From Methanobacteriota archaeon (GTDB lineage Archaea; Halobacteriota; Syntropharchaeia; Alkanophagales; Methanospirareceae), in assembly GCA_034660015.1 (NCBI GenBank), contig JAYEII010000142.1, positions 1-59,818 of the forward strand: a stretch of 59,818 bases of DNA. The letters are read 5' to 3'. Positions within the stretch are counted from its first letter, which is position 1; each line of letters starts with the position of its first letter. The position numbers were made by a program, and so were the translations under genes. Shown here piece after piece: positions 41,082 to 50,576 of this stretch. The notes beneath the pieces are model-generated. The model ran no database searches. It saw only the letters and a program-made list of their open reading frames with translations, and was not told where the DNA came from.

Positions 41082-41157
41082 AATTTTTATTTCAATTATC
41101 TGCAATAAAATTACAAATAGTGGATAATAAATTTTATCCTTACGAAAGGTTTTTTAA
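41082..41157 (+). promoter_or_regulatory. second copy of the conserved upstream block (see 37531-37603)
   Basis: AATTTTTATTTCAATTATCTGCAATAAAATTACAAATAGTGGATAATAAATTTTATCCTTACGAAAGGTTTTTT. Confidence 0.5.
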
Positions 41158-41219
41158 GTAACTACTGAAACATCATTACGTAGGTAAGGCAAAAAATAAA
41201 ACCAAAAAGAGGAGGAAAT

Positions 41220-44090
41220 ATGTCAGAAGTAGAAAAGAACAGGGGAATTGGTGAAGGGGTCATTACGCCGGCAACCAGCGATGTAAACCAGTTTACAAAA
41301 GCGCAGTTGCAAAGCGAACTCGATAGAAAGGAACAGGAGTTACGAGAACTCCAACAGGACATGGATAATTTGGTAAGCGAGGCTGAAATGCTTACCAAAG
41401 CAGCAGTCGAGGGGAAATTAGATACAAGAGGTGACGTGACGAAGTTCAAAGGTGGGTCAGCGGAAATAGTGCAGGGCGTGAACGACACGCTCGATGCCGT
41501 AATAGGACCGTTGAATGTAGCGGCGGAATACGTGGACAGGATATCAGCGGGGGACATCCCGGCGGAGATAACGGACGAATACAAGGGCGACTTCAACGAG
41601 ATAAAGAACAACCTGAACAAGGTCATCATCTCTTTGAACGCACTGGTAGCAGAAGCGGGAATGCTTAACGAAGCAGCAGTGGGAGGTAAACTGGACACGA
41701 GAGGAGACGCGAGCAAGTTCAAGGGCGATTATGCGGGAATAGTGCAGGGCATGAACGAGACGCTGGACGCGGTTATAGGACCGCTGAACGTGGCGGCGGA
41801 ATACATGGACCGAATATCAGCGGGGGACATCCCGGCAGAGATAACGGATGAATACAAAGGCGACTTCAACGAGATCAAGAACAACCTGAACAAGGTCATC
41901 ATCTCTTTGAACAGCTTAGTGGCGGAAGCGGGAATGCTAAACGAAGCCGCAGTGGAAGGTAAACTGGACACGAGAGGAGACGTGAGCAAGTTCAAGGGCG
42001 ATTACGCGGGGATAGTGCAGGGCATAAACGAGACGCTGGATGCCGTTATCGGGCCGTTGAACATGACCGCGGAATACGTGGACCGAATATCAGCGGGGGA
42101 CATCCCGGCGGAGATAACGGACGAATATAAAGGTGACTTCAACGAGGTGAAGAACAACCTGAACAAGGTCATCCGGTCTTTGAATGGCTTGCTGGAAGAG
42201 ACAGGGACGCTTGCCAATGCCACAGTGGAAGGCAAACTGGAGGCGAGAGGCGACGTGACGAAGTTCAAAGGCGGGTATGCGAAATTGGTACAGGGCATAA
42301 ACGAGACGCTGGATGCCGTTATCGGGCCGTTGAACATGACCGCGGAATACGTGGACCGAATATCAGCGGGGGACATCCCGGCGGAGATAACGGACGAATA
42401 TAAAGGTGACTTCAACGAGGTGAAGAACAACCTGAACAAGGTCATCCGGTCTTTGAATGGCTTGCTGGAAGAGACAGGGACGCTTGCCAATGCCACAGTG
42501 GAAGGCAAACTGGAGGCGAGAGGCGACGTGACGAAGTTCAAAGGCGGGTATGCGAAATTGGTACAGGGCATAAACGAGACGCTGGATGCCGTTATCGGGC
42601 CGTTGAACATGACCGCGGAATACGTGGACCGAATATCAGCGGGGGACATCCCGGCGGAGATAACGGACGAATACAAAGGTGACTTCAACGAGGTGAAGAA
42701 CAACCTGAACAAGGTCATCCGGTCTCTGAATGGCTTGCTGGAAGAAGTAGGAATGGTTGGAGAAGCCGCGGTGGAAGGAAAACTGGAGACGAGGGGAGAC
42801 GTGACAAAGTTCAAAGGCGAGTATGCGAAATTAGTGCAGGGGGTAAACGATATGGTAGATGCTGTGGCAAGTCCTATCCAGGAGGTTATCCGAATGTGCG
42901 ACGCACTTGCTGAAGGGGATCTTTCAGAGCGGATAAAAATAGAAGCACAGGGGGATTTCCTGAAACTGACCGAGACATTGAATAATTTCGGGGAGGAGTT
43001 GCAAACGATTATCAATGACATCAGTAAAGTAGCACAGAACATGGCAGCAGGGAACCTGAGCACAGATTTCACTTCCGAGACACCAGGAGAATTCAATGCG
43101 ATACGCGAGAACATCAACCAGGCAAATGCGAGTTTATCGGATTTAATCGGTGAGCTGCAAGGCACAGTGCAGGATGTCGCATTAATAGGTAAAGAATCTG
43201 CATCATCCGTAGAGCAGGTGAATTCAGGCATGCAGCAGATTTCTTCTGCATCGCAGCAAATAGCAAAGGGCGCTCAGGAAACCTCGGGCACCGTAAACGA
43301 ATCGGCAAAGGAGATTAAGGAGACAAACGCAGTGTTACAACAGGTGCAGTCAAATGCAGAAGAATCGAATAAGTTCGCCGTGGAGGGTGCAGAAAGCGCA
43401 AAAGAGACGAATGAAGCGGCTGAGAAATCATCAGAAGGGATGAAGGAAATACAGGAGGCTATTGGCAGTACTGTGGAGGTAATAAAAAACCTCGGCAGTT
43501 CGTTAGAGCAAGTAGGAAAAGCAACAGATATGATAGAGGGCATTGCCGACCAGACGAATCTGCTTGCTTTGAATGCCGCGATAGAAGCTGCACGTGCCGG
43601 AGAACATGGACGTGGCTTTGCCGTCGTTGCCGAAGAAGTGCGAAAACTGGCAGAGAACTCAAAGCAGTCCACCGCAGAGATAGATACAATGATAAAGGGC
43701 TTGCAAGTGGAGATGGACAAAGTAATAAAAGCCACAGACAGCGTCACGCAGCGTGCCGATGTAGGTCGTGAAGACCTCGAAAAAGCGGTAACGAGTGTAG
43801 AAAAAACAGCAGGCATGATCGAAGACATCAAGAACAGAATGCTGCAGATTACTGAGGGTGCAAGAAAAGGAGCAGAAAGCATAGAAAGAGTATCGAAGGG
43901 TGTGGACGAGATTGCAAGCTCTTCAGAAGAGAGTGCATCGTCATCAGAAGAAAGCTCTTCTGCCGTAGAGGAGCAAACGGCAGCCATAGAACAGCTCAGC
44001 GGTGGCATGCAGAAACTATCGGAAATCTCCGACCAGGCAATAGAGATGATTGGGAAATTCAAACTAAGGGAGGGCGAGAAACAGGTGTAA
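41220..44090 (+). CDS. soluble (no TM) methyl-accepting chemotaxis protein with an N-terminal array of ~91-aa HAMP-like repeats
   Basis: No hydrophobic helices. About 5.5 repeats of ...[63 protein letters not shown]. The C-terminal MCP signalling domain is nearly identical to that of 32457..34568. Confidence 0.9.
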   Translation: MSEVEKNRGIGEGVITPATSDVNQFTKAQLQSELDRKEQELRELQQDMDNLVSEAEMLTKAAVEGKLDTRGDVTKFKGGSAEIVQGVNDTLDAVIGPLNVAAEYVDRISAGDIPAEITDEYKGDFNEIKNNLNKVIISLNALVAEAGMLNEAAVGGKLDTRGDASKFKGDYAGIVQGMNETLDAVIGPLNVAAEYMDRISAGDIPAEITDEYKGDFNEIKNNLNKVIISLNSLVAEAGMLNEAAVEGKLDTRGDVSKFKGDYAGIVQGINETLDAVIGPLNMTAEYVDRISAGDIPAEITDEYKGDFNEVKNNLNKVIRSLNGLLEETGTLANATVEGKLEARGDVTKFKGGYAKLVQGINETLDAVIGPLNMTAEYVDRISAGDIPAEITDEYKGDFNEVKNNLNKVIRSLNGLLEETGTLANATVEGKLEARGDVTKFKGGYAKLVQGINETLDAVIGPLNMTAEYVDRISAGDIPAEITDEYKGDFNEVKNNLNKVIRSLNGLLEEVGMVGEAAVEGKLETRGDVTKFKGEYAKLVQGVNDMVDAVASPIQEVIRMCDALAEGDLSERIKIEAQGDFLKLTETLNNFGEELQTIINDISKVAQNMAAGNLSTDFTSETPGEFNAIRENINQANASLSDLIGELQGTVQDVALIGKESASSVEQVNSGMQQISSASQQIAKGAQETSGTVNESAKEIKETNAVLQQVQSNAEESNKFAVEGAESAKETNEAAEKSSEGMKEIQEAIGSTVEVIKNLGSSLEQVGKATDMIEGIADQTNLLALNAAIEAARAGEHGRGFAVVAEEVRKLAENSKQSTAEIDTMIKGLQVEMDKVIKATDSVTQRADVGREDLEKAVTSVEKTAGMIEDIKNRMLQITEGARKGAESIERVSKGVDEIASSSEESASSSEESSSAVEEQTAAIEQLSGGMQKLSEISDQAIEMIGKFKLREGEKQV
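41405..42870 (+). repeat. 273-bp tandem repeat array (~5.5 units) inside the MCP gene; the units from ~42025 to ~42700 are essentially identical
   Basis: For example GTGGAAGGCAAACTGGAGGCGAGAGG occurs at 42225 and again at 42498 (period 273 nt = 91 codons). Long stretches recur base-for-base. Confidence 0.9.
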
Positions 44091-44215
44091 AAGAGCCGTA
44101 TTTGTTTACCGCCGAGATCACGGAGAGCGCGGAGATGACGAAAAAGACTCTCTGTGTTCTCTGCGGGCTCAGCGGTAAACTATTTTCTATTTTAGGAGGA
44201 GGTGAGAGAAAAAAA

Positions 44216-44515
44216 ATGAGTGGTAAAAGCTTGGTAAACATGCAAATAGTGGTAGAAAAAGTAGAAAACATGGATGAGTTTCTTGTCAGAGGAGGATATT
44301 ATGGAAGCGGAATCGACATGGAACACTTAGTTCTGGATGTTCTCCTATCAATAGACGAGTTATTTCATCGATCAGTGGGCCTTGAGGTAAAAGAACTAAC
44401 AGAAAAGAAAACAAAGGGGAAAATCGTGGTAAACATGCAGATAGCGGCAGAAGAAATAGAAACTTTAGGTGGGCTTCCAGAGGAGGATTTTATCCCGGTG
44501 TGGAGCTGCGTATAA
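44216..44515 (+). CDS. uncharacterised small protein, copy 1 of a tandem pair inside the che operon
   Basis: A strong RBS (TAGGAGGAGGTGAG) precedes ATG 44216. MSGKSLVNMQIVVEKVENMDEFLVRGGYYGSGIDMEHLVLDVLLSIDELFH...GKIVVNMQIAAEEIETLGG shows an internal N/C repeat. Confidence 0.5.
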   Translation: MSGKSLVNMQIVVEKVENMDEFLVRGGYYGSGIDMEHLVLDVLLSIDELFHRSVGLEVKELTEKKTKGKIVVNMQIAAEEIETLGGLPEEDFIPVWSCV

Positions 44516-44519
44516 AAGA

Positions 44520-44606
44520 GGCAATAGGGATTGGGCAATAGGCAATAGGCAATAGGGCAGGGCAATAGCTGCCTATTGGCTATTCGCTATTTGGCTATTG
44601 GCTATT
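44520..44606. repeat. G-type hairpin ((GGCAATA)n against (CTATTGG/CTATTCG)n)
   Basis: GGCAATAGGGATTGGGCAATAGGCAATAGGCAATAGGGCAGGGCAATAGCTGCCTATTGGCTATTCGCTATTTGGCTATTGGCTATT, followed by TTAGAAGGAGGTGA (RBS). Confidence 0.85.
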
Positions 44607-44626
44607 TTAGAAGGAGGTGATAAAAA

Positions 44627-44962
44627 ATGAGTGGTAAAAGCATGGTAAACATGCAAATAGTGGTAGAAAAAGTAGAAAACATGGATGAGTTTCTTGTCAG
44701 AGGAGGATATTATGGAAGCGGAATCGACATGGAACACTTAGTTCTGGATGTTCTCCTATCAATAGACGAGTTATTTCATCAATCCGTAGGTCTTGAGGTA
44801 GAAGAACTAACAGAAAAGAAAACAAAGGGTAAAATCGTGGTAAACATGCAGATAGCGGCAGAAGAAATAGAAACCTTAGGTGGGCTTAGGTGGGCTTCAA
44901 GGGGAGGATTTTATCCCAGTGTGGAGCTGCGTATAAAAGAGGCAATAGGCATTGGGCAATAG
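44627..44962 (+). CDS. uncharacterised small protein, copy 2 of the tandem pair
   Basis: The first ~85 codons are nearly identical to copy 1. A 10-nt duplication (GGTGGGCTTA GGTGGGCTTC) shifts the frame of the tail into the G-type repeat. Confidence 0.5.
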   Translation: MSGKSMVNMQIVVEKVENMDEFLVRGGYYGSGIDMEHLVLDVLLSIDELFHQSVGLEVEELTEKKTKGKIVVNMQIAAEEIETLGGLRWASRGGFYPSVELRIKEAIGIGQ

Positions 44963-45047
44963 GCAAATAGGGACTAGGCAATAGGGGTAAGGGTTTAGTT
45001 TAGTCCCTTGTCCCTATTGGCTATGTGGCTATGTGGCTATTCGCTAT
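44941..45047. repeat. G-type hairpin (GGCAATA/GGGACTA arm against CTATTGG/CTATGTGG arm)
   Basis: GGCAATAGGCATTGGGCAATAGGCAAATAGGGACTAGGCAATAGGGGTAAGGGTTTAGTTTAGTCCCTTGTCCCTATTGGCTATGTGGCTATGTGGCTATTCGC, followed by the RBS and cheW. Confidence 0.85.
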
Positions 45048-45070
45048 TTTAGAAGGAGGTGAGAATAAAA

Positions 45071-45604
45071 ATGAAAGAAAAAATGGAAATGGGAATAGAA
45101 ATGGAAAAAGAGGAAGTAAAAGAAAAAACAGAATCGAGCGGGGTAAACCAGCAGCAATTAGTGGTCTTCAAGCTCGGCGGTGAGGATTTCGGCGTTGACA
45201 TCAATCAAGTCCGCGAGATAATAAGAAAAGGGACTACTACGGTGGTTCCAAACGCTCCTGAGTTCGTTAAAGGGGTGATAAATCTCAGAGGGCAGATAAC
45301 AACGATTATAGACCTGAGAAGAAAGTTAGGGTTGGCAGAGAAGGAAGATGGCGATGAGCAACAAGAAAGGATAATCGTAGTTGAGGTGAACAAAAATACT
45401 GTGGGGATGGCTGTTGACGCCGTGACAGAGGTAACGTATCTTTCAGAAAGCGACATAGACGAAGTGCCGACAATGGTAAAAGAGAATATAGGGACGGAGT
45501 ATCTCAAGGGAGTAGGAAAACTGCCTGATAAACTGCTCATCCTGATAGACCTGAAACGTGTGCTGAACGGAGAGGAAATGAACGTGCTGCAACAACCAGC
45601 ATAA
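45071..45604 (+). CDS. cheW: chemotaxis coupling protein CheW
   Basis: CheW domain. ATG 45071 follows the RBS GAAGGAGGTGAG. Confidence 0.92.
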   Translation: MKEKMEMGIEMEKEEVKEKTESSGVNQQQLVVFKLGGEDFGVDINQVREIIRKGTTTVVPNAPEFVKGVINLRGQITTIIDLRRKLGLAEKEDGDEQQERIIVVEVNKNTVGMAVDAVTEVTYLSESDIDEVPTMVKENIGTEYLKGVGKLPDKLLILIDLKRVLNGEEMNVLQQPA

Positions 45605-45730
45605 AAACACGAAAAATCCCAAATTCCCAAAAAGAAACCACGAGATTTCACAACACTTTTTTTTTTTTACAAAAAGAAAACCTGTGCTAAAAGAAAAACT
45701 AAGGGAATGTTTTTAGTCAAGGTTTTTACT

Positions 45731-45772
45731 AAGCCCTTACAGGGCTTGCGGGGTCGTGGGGTGGAACCCCAC
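45731..45772 (+). repeat. H-type GC-rich double-hairpin module
   Basis: AAGCCCTTACAGGGCTTGCGGGGTCGTGGGGTGGAACCCCAC. It is preceded by a reversed fragment of the B-type core (45650-45715). Confidence 0.7.
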
Positions 45773-45844
45773 ATAGGTAAAAAAGTTGTGTGAAAATCTG
45801 TGTAATCTTGTGGTTAAAATCAGTTCAGGGGGTGTAAAAAGAAA

Positions 45845-46762
45845 GTGCGGTTCGCTTTGCCAGGAGAGGATACATGGAGAGAAGGAAAGATAGCGCTCGA
45901 AAACGAGGGCTTATACTTCGGCAGCAACGAGCAATCCAAGCGCTCCTTCCTCTCCCTTCCTTTTCTGAAAAAAAACAAAGAAACTGGCTTCTTCATTCTA
46001 CTAAGGAGTATGAAAGACGTGATACGAGAGGAACGGGGTATCCTGACCATAAAACACACGGGCAATGCCACCTCGCTTGCACAAGAACCGGGCTCTGAGT
46101 CGGAGCTGCTGCTTTCGACACAACTCGCTGCAGACGAGCAGGTGCTGAACGAGGTGGAACGGGAGCTGATAATGAGCATGGACGCATACAAGTTCAACGT
46201 TTACTTTACGCATGCGGGCGAAGGGGGTGTTCTATCAATGGAAAAGAACGTAGAGCTGGAAAAAGGGCTGTTGAAGATTTCTAACAACGCGTTGTGGATA
46301 ATCGGACGGAACAACCACAAGCGAATCACATGGGACGATATAGTAAACGTGGAGCAGAAAAAAAGGAGCAGATATAAAGGGACTGAATTTGGTGCGGTTT
46401 CTATTGACTATTTCAGTGAGGGAAGCACAAACAACGTGGTAGAATCCACCATCGTCATCACCAAAGGCAACACCATTGAGGTATTAAAACGACATGTCAT
46501 GGAACTGCTGAGTGCATATAAAATGGAGGAAAAACTTCCAGACATGGAAAACCAGATACTGTCAATGATGTATGCCGGTGCTTTGGACTTGTCCGCACTT
46601 GCATCAACTGCTGAAGCCTTTGGGCTGAGCGAGGAAGAGCTGAAAAATCAGTTAGAACACATGAGTGAGCTGGGCATACTTGACGCGGCGAATCAAACAC
46701 TGACGAAGAAAGGCATTAAATACGTGATGGACCTGTCGAAAAACGGCACTTTCGGTGGTTAA
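45845..46762 (+). CDS. cheF: archaeal chemotaxis protein CheF-like (DUF439), the adaptor between CheY and the archaellum
   Basis: About 305 aa and located between cheW and cheY. The C-terminal region has a wHTH-like DMENQILSMMYAGALDLSALA...LSEEELKNQLEHMSELGILD. The GTG start is preceded by GGGGGTG. The call rests mainly on context, size and architecture. Confidence 0.6.
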   Translation: MRFALPGEDTWREGKIALENEGLYFGSNEQSKRSFLSLPFLKKNKETGFFILLRSMKDVIREERGILTIKHTGNATSLAQEPGSESELLLSTQLAADEQVLNEVERELIMSMDAYKFNVYFTHAGEGGVLSMEKNVELEKGLLKISNNALWIIGRNNHKRITWDDIVNVEQKKRSRYKGTEFGAVSIDYFSEGSTNNVVESTIVITKGNTIEVLKRHVMELLSAYKMEEKLPDMENQILSMMYAGALDLSALASTAEAFGLSEEELKNQLEHMSELGILDAANQTLTKKGIKYVMDLSKNGTFGG

Positions 46763-46830
46763 AAGGGAAGGTGAAAGAAACCACGAGATAATCTTGTGGT
46801 TAATAAAAAAGGGGGTGAGATAGAAAAGAA

Positions 46831-47193
46831 ATGGCGAAAGTATTGGTTGTAGATGATGCCGCTTTCATGCGGATGATGGTGAAGAACATTTTGGGTGCAA
46901 ACGGACACGAAATAGTGGGTGAAGCAGAGAACGGAGTACAAGGGTTGGAAAAATACGCGCAGTTGAAGCCGGACCTTGTAACTATGGACATAGTAATGCC
47001 GGAGTTGGACGGAATTGAAACTACGAAAGAGATTATACGGAGCCATCCAGAAGCAAGAATAGTAATGTGCACCGCAGTGGGACAACAGGCAAAAGTACTG
47101 GAAGCGATGAAAGCAGGAGCAAGAGGTTACATAATAAAACCTTTCCAGGCTCCGAAGGTGCTAGAGGAGATAAATAAGGTGTTGGGCTCTTAG
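46831..47193 (+). CDS. cheY: chemotaxis response regulator CheY
   Basis: VLVVDDAAFMR...VTMDIVMPELDG...CTA...KPF, 120 aa. Confidence 0.92.
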   Translation: MAKVLVVDDAAFMRMMVKNILGANGHEIVGEAENGVQGLEKYAQLKPDLVTMDIVMPELDGIETTKEIIRSHPEARIVMCTAVGQQAKVLEAMKAGARGYIIKPFQAPKVLEEINKVLGS

Positions 47194-47218
47194 AGAGATG
47201 AACAAGAAATAAATTATT

Positions 47219-47302
47219 GACACAGATTAACACAGATGATAAAAGTCAACAATGTCTGTCAAACTAAAATAAATCTGCGTAAATCCGTGTTAATCTGCGT
47301 CC
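47219..47302 (+). repeat. A-type hairpin element inside the che operon (between cheY and cheB)
   Basis: GACACAGATTAACACAGATGATAAAAGTCAACAATG...AAATCTGCGTAAATCCGTGTTAATCTGCGTCC, followed by TAAATAGAAGG. ATG 47332 lies 30 nt after the hairpin. Confidence 0.9.
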
Positions 47303-47331
47303 TAAATAGAAGGATGGGATTTTGAAGAGGA

Positions 47332-48426
47332 ATGACGATGGAAGAAAAGAGAGAAACAGGAAACGAGAAGATAAAGGTGCTTGTGGTAGACGATTCAGCA
47401 TTTATGCGCGTGGTTATTTCAGACATGCTTAATGCCAGTCCCGGGATAGAGGTGGCAGGTGTGGCAAGGAACGGTATAGAAGGTGTAGAAAAAGCGAAGG
47501 CACTTTCTCCTGACGTGATAACGATGGACGTCGAGATGCCTAAGATGAACGGTATCGAGGCGGTACGGCAGATAATGGCAGAAAAGCCAACGCCAGTCGT
47601 GATGCTAAGCGGCATCACGAAGAAAAACGCAGACGTTACGTTAGAAGCATTGGCTAACGGTGCTTTTGACTTCGTCACAAAACCTTCCGGCACTCTATCC
47701 TTAGACATAGATAAAGTAAAGGAAGAAATTATAGCGAAGATAAAGAGTGCGTATGCGTCTGCGGGAAAAATTTGCACGGGCACGAGTCATGGCATGAAAC
47801 GATTACACGGTGCGGGAGAATATGCTCATATACGTGCGTTGCAGGCAGAAGCGGGAAGAATAAGCAAAAGGGTAGTGGTCATCGGCTCTTCCACCGGAGG
47901 TCCGAAAGCACTTGACGAGATATTTTCCGCACTTCCCGATGGCATCCCTGCTGGAATGCTCGTGGTTCAGCACATGCCTCCCTACTTTACTAAATCGCTT
48001 GCAGAACGACTGGACAAACACTCCCCTGTTCACGTCCGGGAAGGAAAAGAAGAAGATAAGATAACCAACGGCTTTGCACTCGTTGCTCCCGGTGATTATC
48101 ACATGGCAGTAAACAACGGAAAGATACACATGAACAAAGAACCGCCTGTGAACGCCATTAGACCTTCGGTTGACGTTACCATGCTGTCCATAGCCAAAAC
48201 TTACGGTTCAAACACGGTCGGCGTAATACTTACCGGTATGGGGAGAGATGGTGCGGATGGAATGAAAGCGATAAAAGAAATGGGTGGTAAAACGATAGCC
48301 TGTGATGAGGAAACATCTATAATCTTTGGTATGCCAAAAGAGGCGATAAAGCTCGGCTGCATAGATAAAATCGTTCCTTTGCACGAGATTGCAGATGCGA
48401 TTATGAAAAGCCTGGAGGTTAATTAA
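47332..48426 (+). CDS. cheB: chemotaxis methylesterase/deamidase CheB (REC plus catalytic domain)
   Basis: REC (VLVVDDSAFMR...ITMDVEMPKMNG) and a catalytic domain with GSSTGGP, VQHMP and GMGRDG. Confidence 0.93.
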   Translation: MTMEEKRETGNEKIKVLVVDDSAFMRVVISDMLNASPGIEVAGVARNGIEGVEKAKALSPDVITMDVEMPKMNGIEAVRQIMAEKPTPVVMLSGITKKNADVTLEALANGAFDFVTKPSGTLSLDIDKVKEEIIAKIKSAYASAGKICTGTSHGMKRLHGAGEYAHIRALQAEAGRISKRVVVIGSSTGGPKALDEIFSALPDGIPAGMLVVQHMPPYFTKSLAERLDKHSPVHVREGKEEDKITNGFALVAPGDYHMAVNNGKIHMNKEPPVNAIRPSVDVTMLSIAKTYGSNTVGVILTGMGRDGADGMKAIKEMGGKTIACDEETSIIFGMPKEAIKLGCIDKIVPLHEIADAIMKSLEVN

Positions 48427-48509
48427 AGAAATGTTCAGTAAAGCGCGTAAAATTAGTTTTTCGGATTTAGTATTTAGTATTTCAGAGCAAGTACAGGGAG
48501 GTGTTTCAG

Positions 48510-50549
48510 ATGGATATTGACGTTTCACAATACCTGAATGTGTTTCTGGAAGAGACAAAAGAGCACTTACAGACGTTTACGCAAGCTCTGATAGACCTCG
48601 AGGGTTCAGATGCCGAACGTGCTACCGAAGCGTTAAACGAGGCTTTTCGCGCTGCGCACACGATAAAAAGTATGTCAGCTTCGATGGACTTCAGGAACAT
48701 GGAGCATTTATGCCATTCCACGGAAGACGTGATGGACGAGCTGAGAAGTGGCAGCCGCAGCGTAACGCCGGAGATAATTGACTTGCTATTGGAATGTTCC
48801 ACGAAGTTAGAAGAACTGACCAGCAGTATTGAGGGAAACGGAAACGATGACATTGACGTCTCCGCGGTGCTATTAGCGCTCAAGAGTTTGATGACGGGGG
48901 AAAAGGAAAAGGAAGAAGGAGGACCAGTGCAAAAGAAAAAGAGCAAAGCGAAAAAAGGAAAGCGCAAAGTGCAAAAAAGAAAAGGCAAAATAGATAAGAA
49001 GGTGATGGGAGGACGTAAAACATACGAGATAAAAGTTTCATTGGACAAAAGTTGTGATTTTAAGGGTGCAAGAGGTTTCTTAGCGTTAAATAACCTTGCG
49101 GAAATAGGAGAAATTATCAAAACGGTTCCATCGCAGGGAGATATAGAAAATGAGAAATTTGATTTTGATTTTGAGGTTGTTCTGGCGACGGATGCAAATG
49201 AAGAGAACGTGAAGAAGGTTCTCGCGTCGGTTGCGGACATAGAAAAAGTGGATATATTTAGCGAAGAGAATTTGGAAAAAGTAGAAGTAGAGGCTGAAGC
49301 AGGAGCACGTGCAGAAGTTGTTGCAGGTGTGAAATCGGAAGGAGGCAAGAGCAAGGATAATTTAGGTAAAGGTAAAGAAACAGCGGTGAAAAGCGTTCGT
49401 ATAAGCATAGACAAGCTGGATACCGTAGTTAACTTCGTGGGCGAGCTCGTGATACACAAGAGCAGGCTCATCCAGATAGGCAAGGAGCACGAAATAGAAG
49501 AACTGAGCGGCACGATGGCTGTCGTCGAAAGAACGATAAGTGACCTGCAATACGAGGTGACGCAGATGAAGATGATCCCGGTGGAACACGTGTTTAACAG
49601 ATTCCCGAAACTCGTTCGCGACCTTTACCGGGCTCAGGGGAAAGAAGTTGAATTCATAATCGAGGGAAAGGAGATAGAGCTGGACAGGACAGTTTTGGAT
49701 GAGGTAGTAGATCCCATAGTCCATTTGTTAAGAAACTCCGTTGACCATGGGATAGAGCTGCCGGAAGAGCGAGCCCGGAAAGGAAAAAGCAGGGAAGGCA
49801 GGATAAAGCTGGTAGCACGGCGTGAAACGGGACACGTAACGATAAGCGTGGAGGACGATGGAAAGGGTATGAATGCGGATAAACTAAGGGAGAAAGCAGT
49901 TAGCAAGGGACTCAAGTCAGCAAAAGAAGCTTCTATACTCTCTGATGAGGACGCTTTTAAACTCATCTTCGCGTCAGGATTCAGCACGACGGAAAAAACT
50001 ACTGAGGTATCGGGACGCGGTGTCGGGATGGGTGTGGTGAAGACGAAGGTAGAAGCACTGGGCGGTTTGGTGGATATTCAGTCCGAAATGGATATGGGGA
50101 CAGGAATAATGTTGAAGTTACCGCTTACCACCGCCATCATTCAAGCACTGCTCGTGGACGTCTGCAACAAAGCTTATGCCATCCCGTTATCAAATGTGAG
50201 AGAGATTATAAGCGTGTCCAGGGACGCGGTAGAAACGATACAGGGTGCAAAGGTGATAACGCTCCGTGGTTCCATACTGCCGCTTGTTATGCTGCAATCA
50301 GTCTTTGGGCTCTTCGGTAGCGACAACAATGGCAACCACAATCATAAGGATAAATTCGTGGTGGTCGTGGTGGAAAGGAGCGAAGGTCGGATGGGTTTAG
50401 TCGTGGACGCTGCCCTGGAACAGCAGGAGATAGTGGTAAAGCCGCCGGATGAACGCTTGCAGGGTGCCACGGGAGTTGGCGGCTTCACCATTCTCGGTGA
50501 CGGTAACGTCATCCCAATACTTGACGTCGCTACGTTAACTCTGGCTTGA
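48510..50549 (+). CDS. cheA: chemotaxis histidine kinase CheA
   Basis: Hpt (FRAAHTIKSMSASM), a dimerisation domain, HATPase (DHGIE...DDGKGM...GRGVGMGVV) and a C-terminal CheW-like domain. The RBS GGGAGGTG precedes ATG 48510. Confidence 0.93.
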   Translation: MDIDVSQYLNVFLEETKEHLQTFTQALIDLEGSDAERATEALNEAFRAAHTIKSMSASMDFRNMEHLCHSTEDVMDELRSGSRSVTPEIIDLLLECSTKLEELTSSIEGNGNDDIDVSAVLLALKSLMTGEKEKEEGGPVQKKKSKAKKGKRKVQKRKGKIDKKVMGGRKTYEIKVSLDKSCDFKGARGFLALNNLAEIGEIIKTVPSQGDIENEKFDFDFEVVLATDANEENVKKVLASVADIEKVDIFSEENLEKVEVEAEAGARAEVVAGVKSEGGKSKDNLGKGKETAVKSVRISIDKLDTVVNFVGELVIHKSRLIQIGKEHEIEELSGTMAVVERTISDLQYEVTQMKMIPVEHVFNRFPKLVRDLYRAQGKEVEFIIEGKEIELDRTVLDEVVDPIVHLLRNSVDHGIELPEERARKGKSREGRIKLVARRETGHVTISVEDDGKGMNADKLREKAVSKGLKSAKEASILSDEDAFKLIFASGFSTTEKTTEVSGRGVGMGVVKTKVEALGGLVDIQSEMDMGTGIMLKLPLTTAIIQALLVDVCNKAYAIPLSNVREIISVSRDAVETIQGAKVITLRGSILPLVMLQSVFGLFGSDNNGNHNHKDKFVVVVVERSEGRMGLVVDAALEQQEIVVKPPDERLQGATGVGGFTILGDGNVIPILDVATLTLA

Positions 50550-50576
50550 AATGAAAAAAAAGGAAAAGAAGAAAAA

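Noticed and set aside
41162-44062. Long minus-strand ORFs (41162..41722, 41729..41995, 42002..43231, 43274..44062) antisense to the poly-HAMP MCP
   Set aside because: Same shadow-ORF effect as above. Their internal repeats only mirror the 273-bp coding repeats of the plus-strand gene.
44102-44215. N-terminal extension of ORF 44102..44515 (MFTAEITESAEMTKKTLCVLCGLSGKLF...)
   Set aside because: The extension is a translated hairpin repeat (CGCGGAGAG-type units). The paralogous copy starts at MSGKS, directly after the same strong RBS.
45874-46213. Alternative-frame and antisense ORFs within cheF (45874..46098 +, 45820..46197 -, 45993..46187 -, 46001..46213 -)
   Set aside because: All are nested in the longer 305-aa frame, whose size, position and C-terminal architecture fit CheF.
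48506-49513. 335-aa minus-strand ORF antisense to cheA
   Set aside because: It lies completely inside the well-supported cheA frame. The product is Ser/Phe-rich and low-complexity, and there is no RBS.
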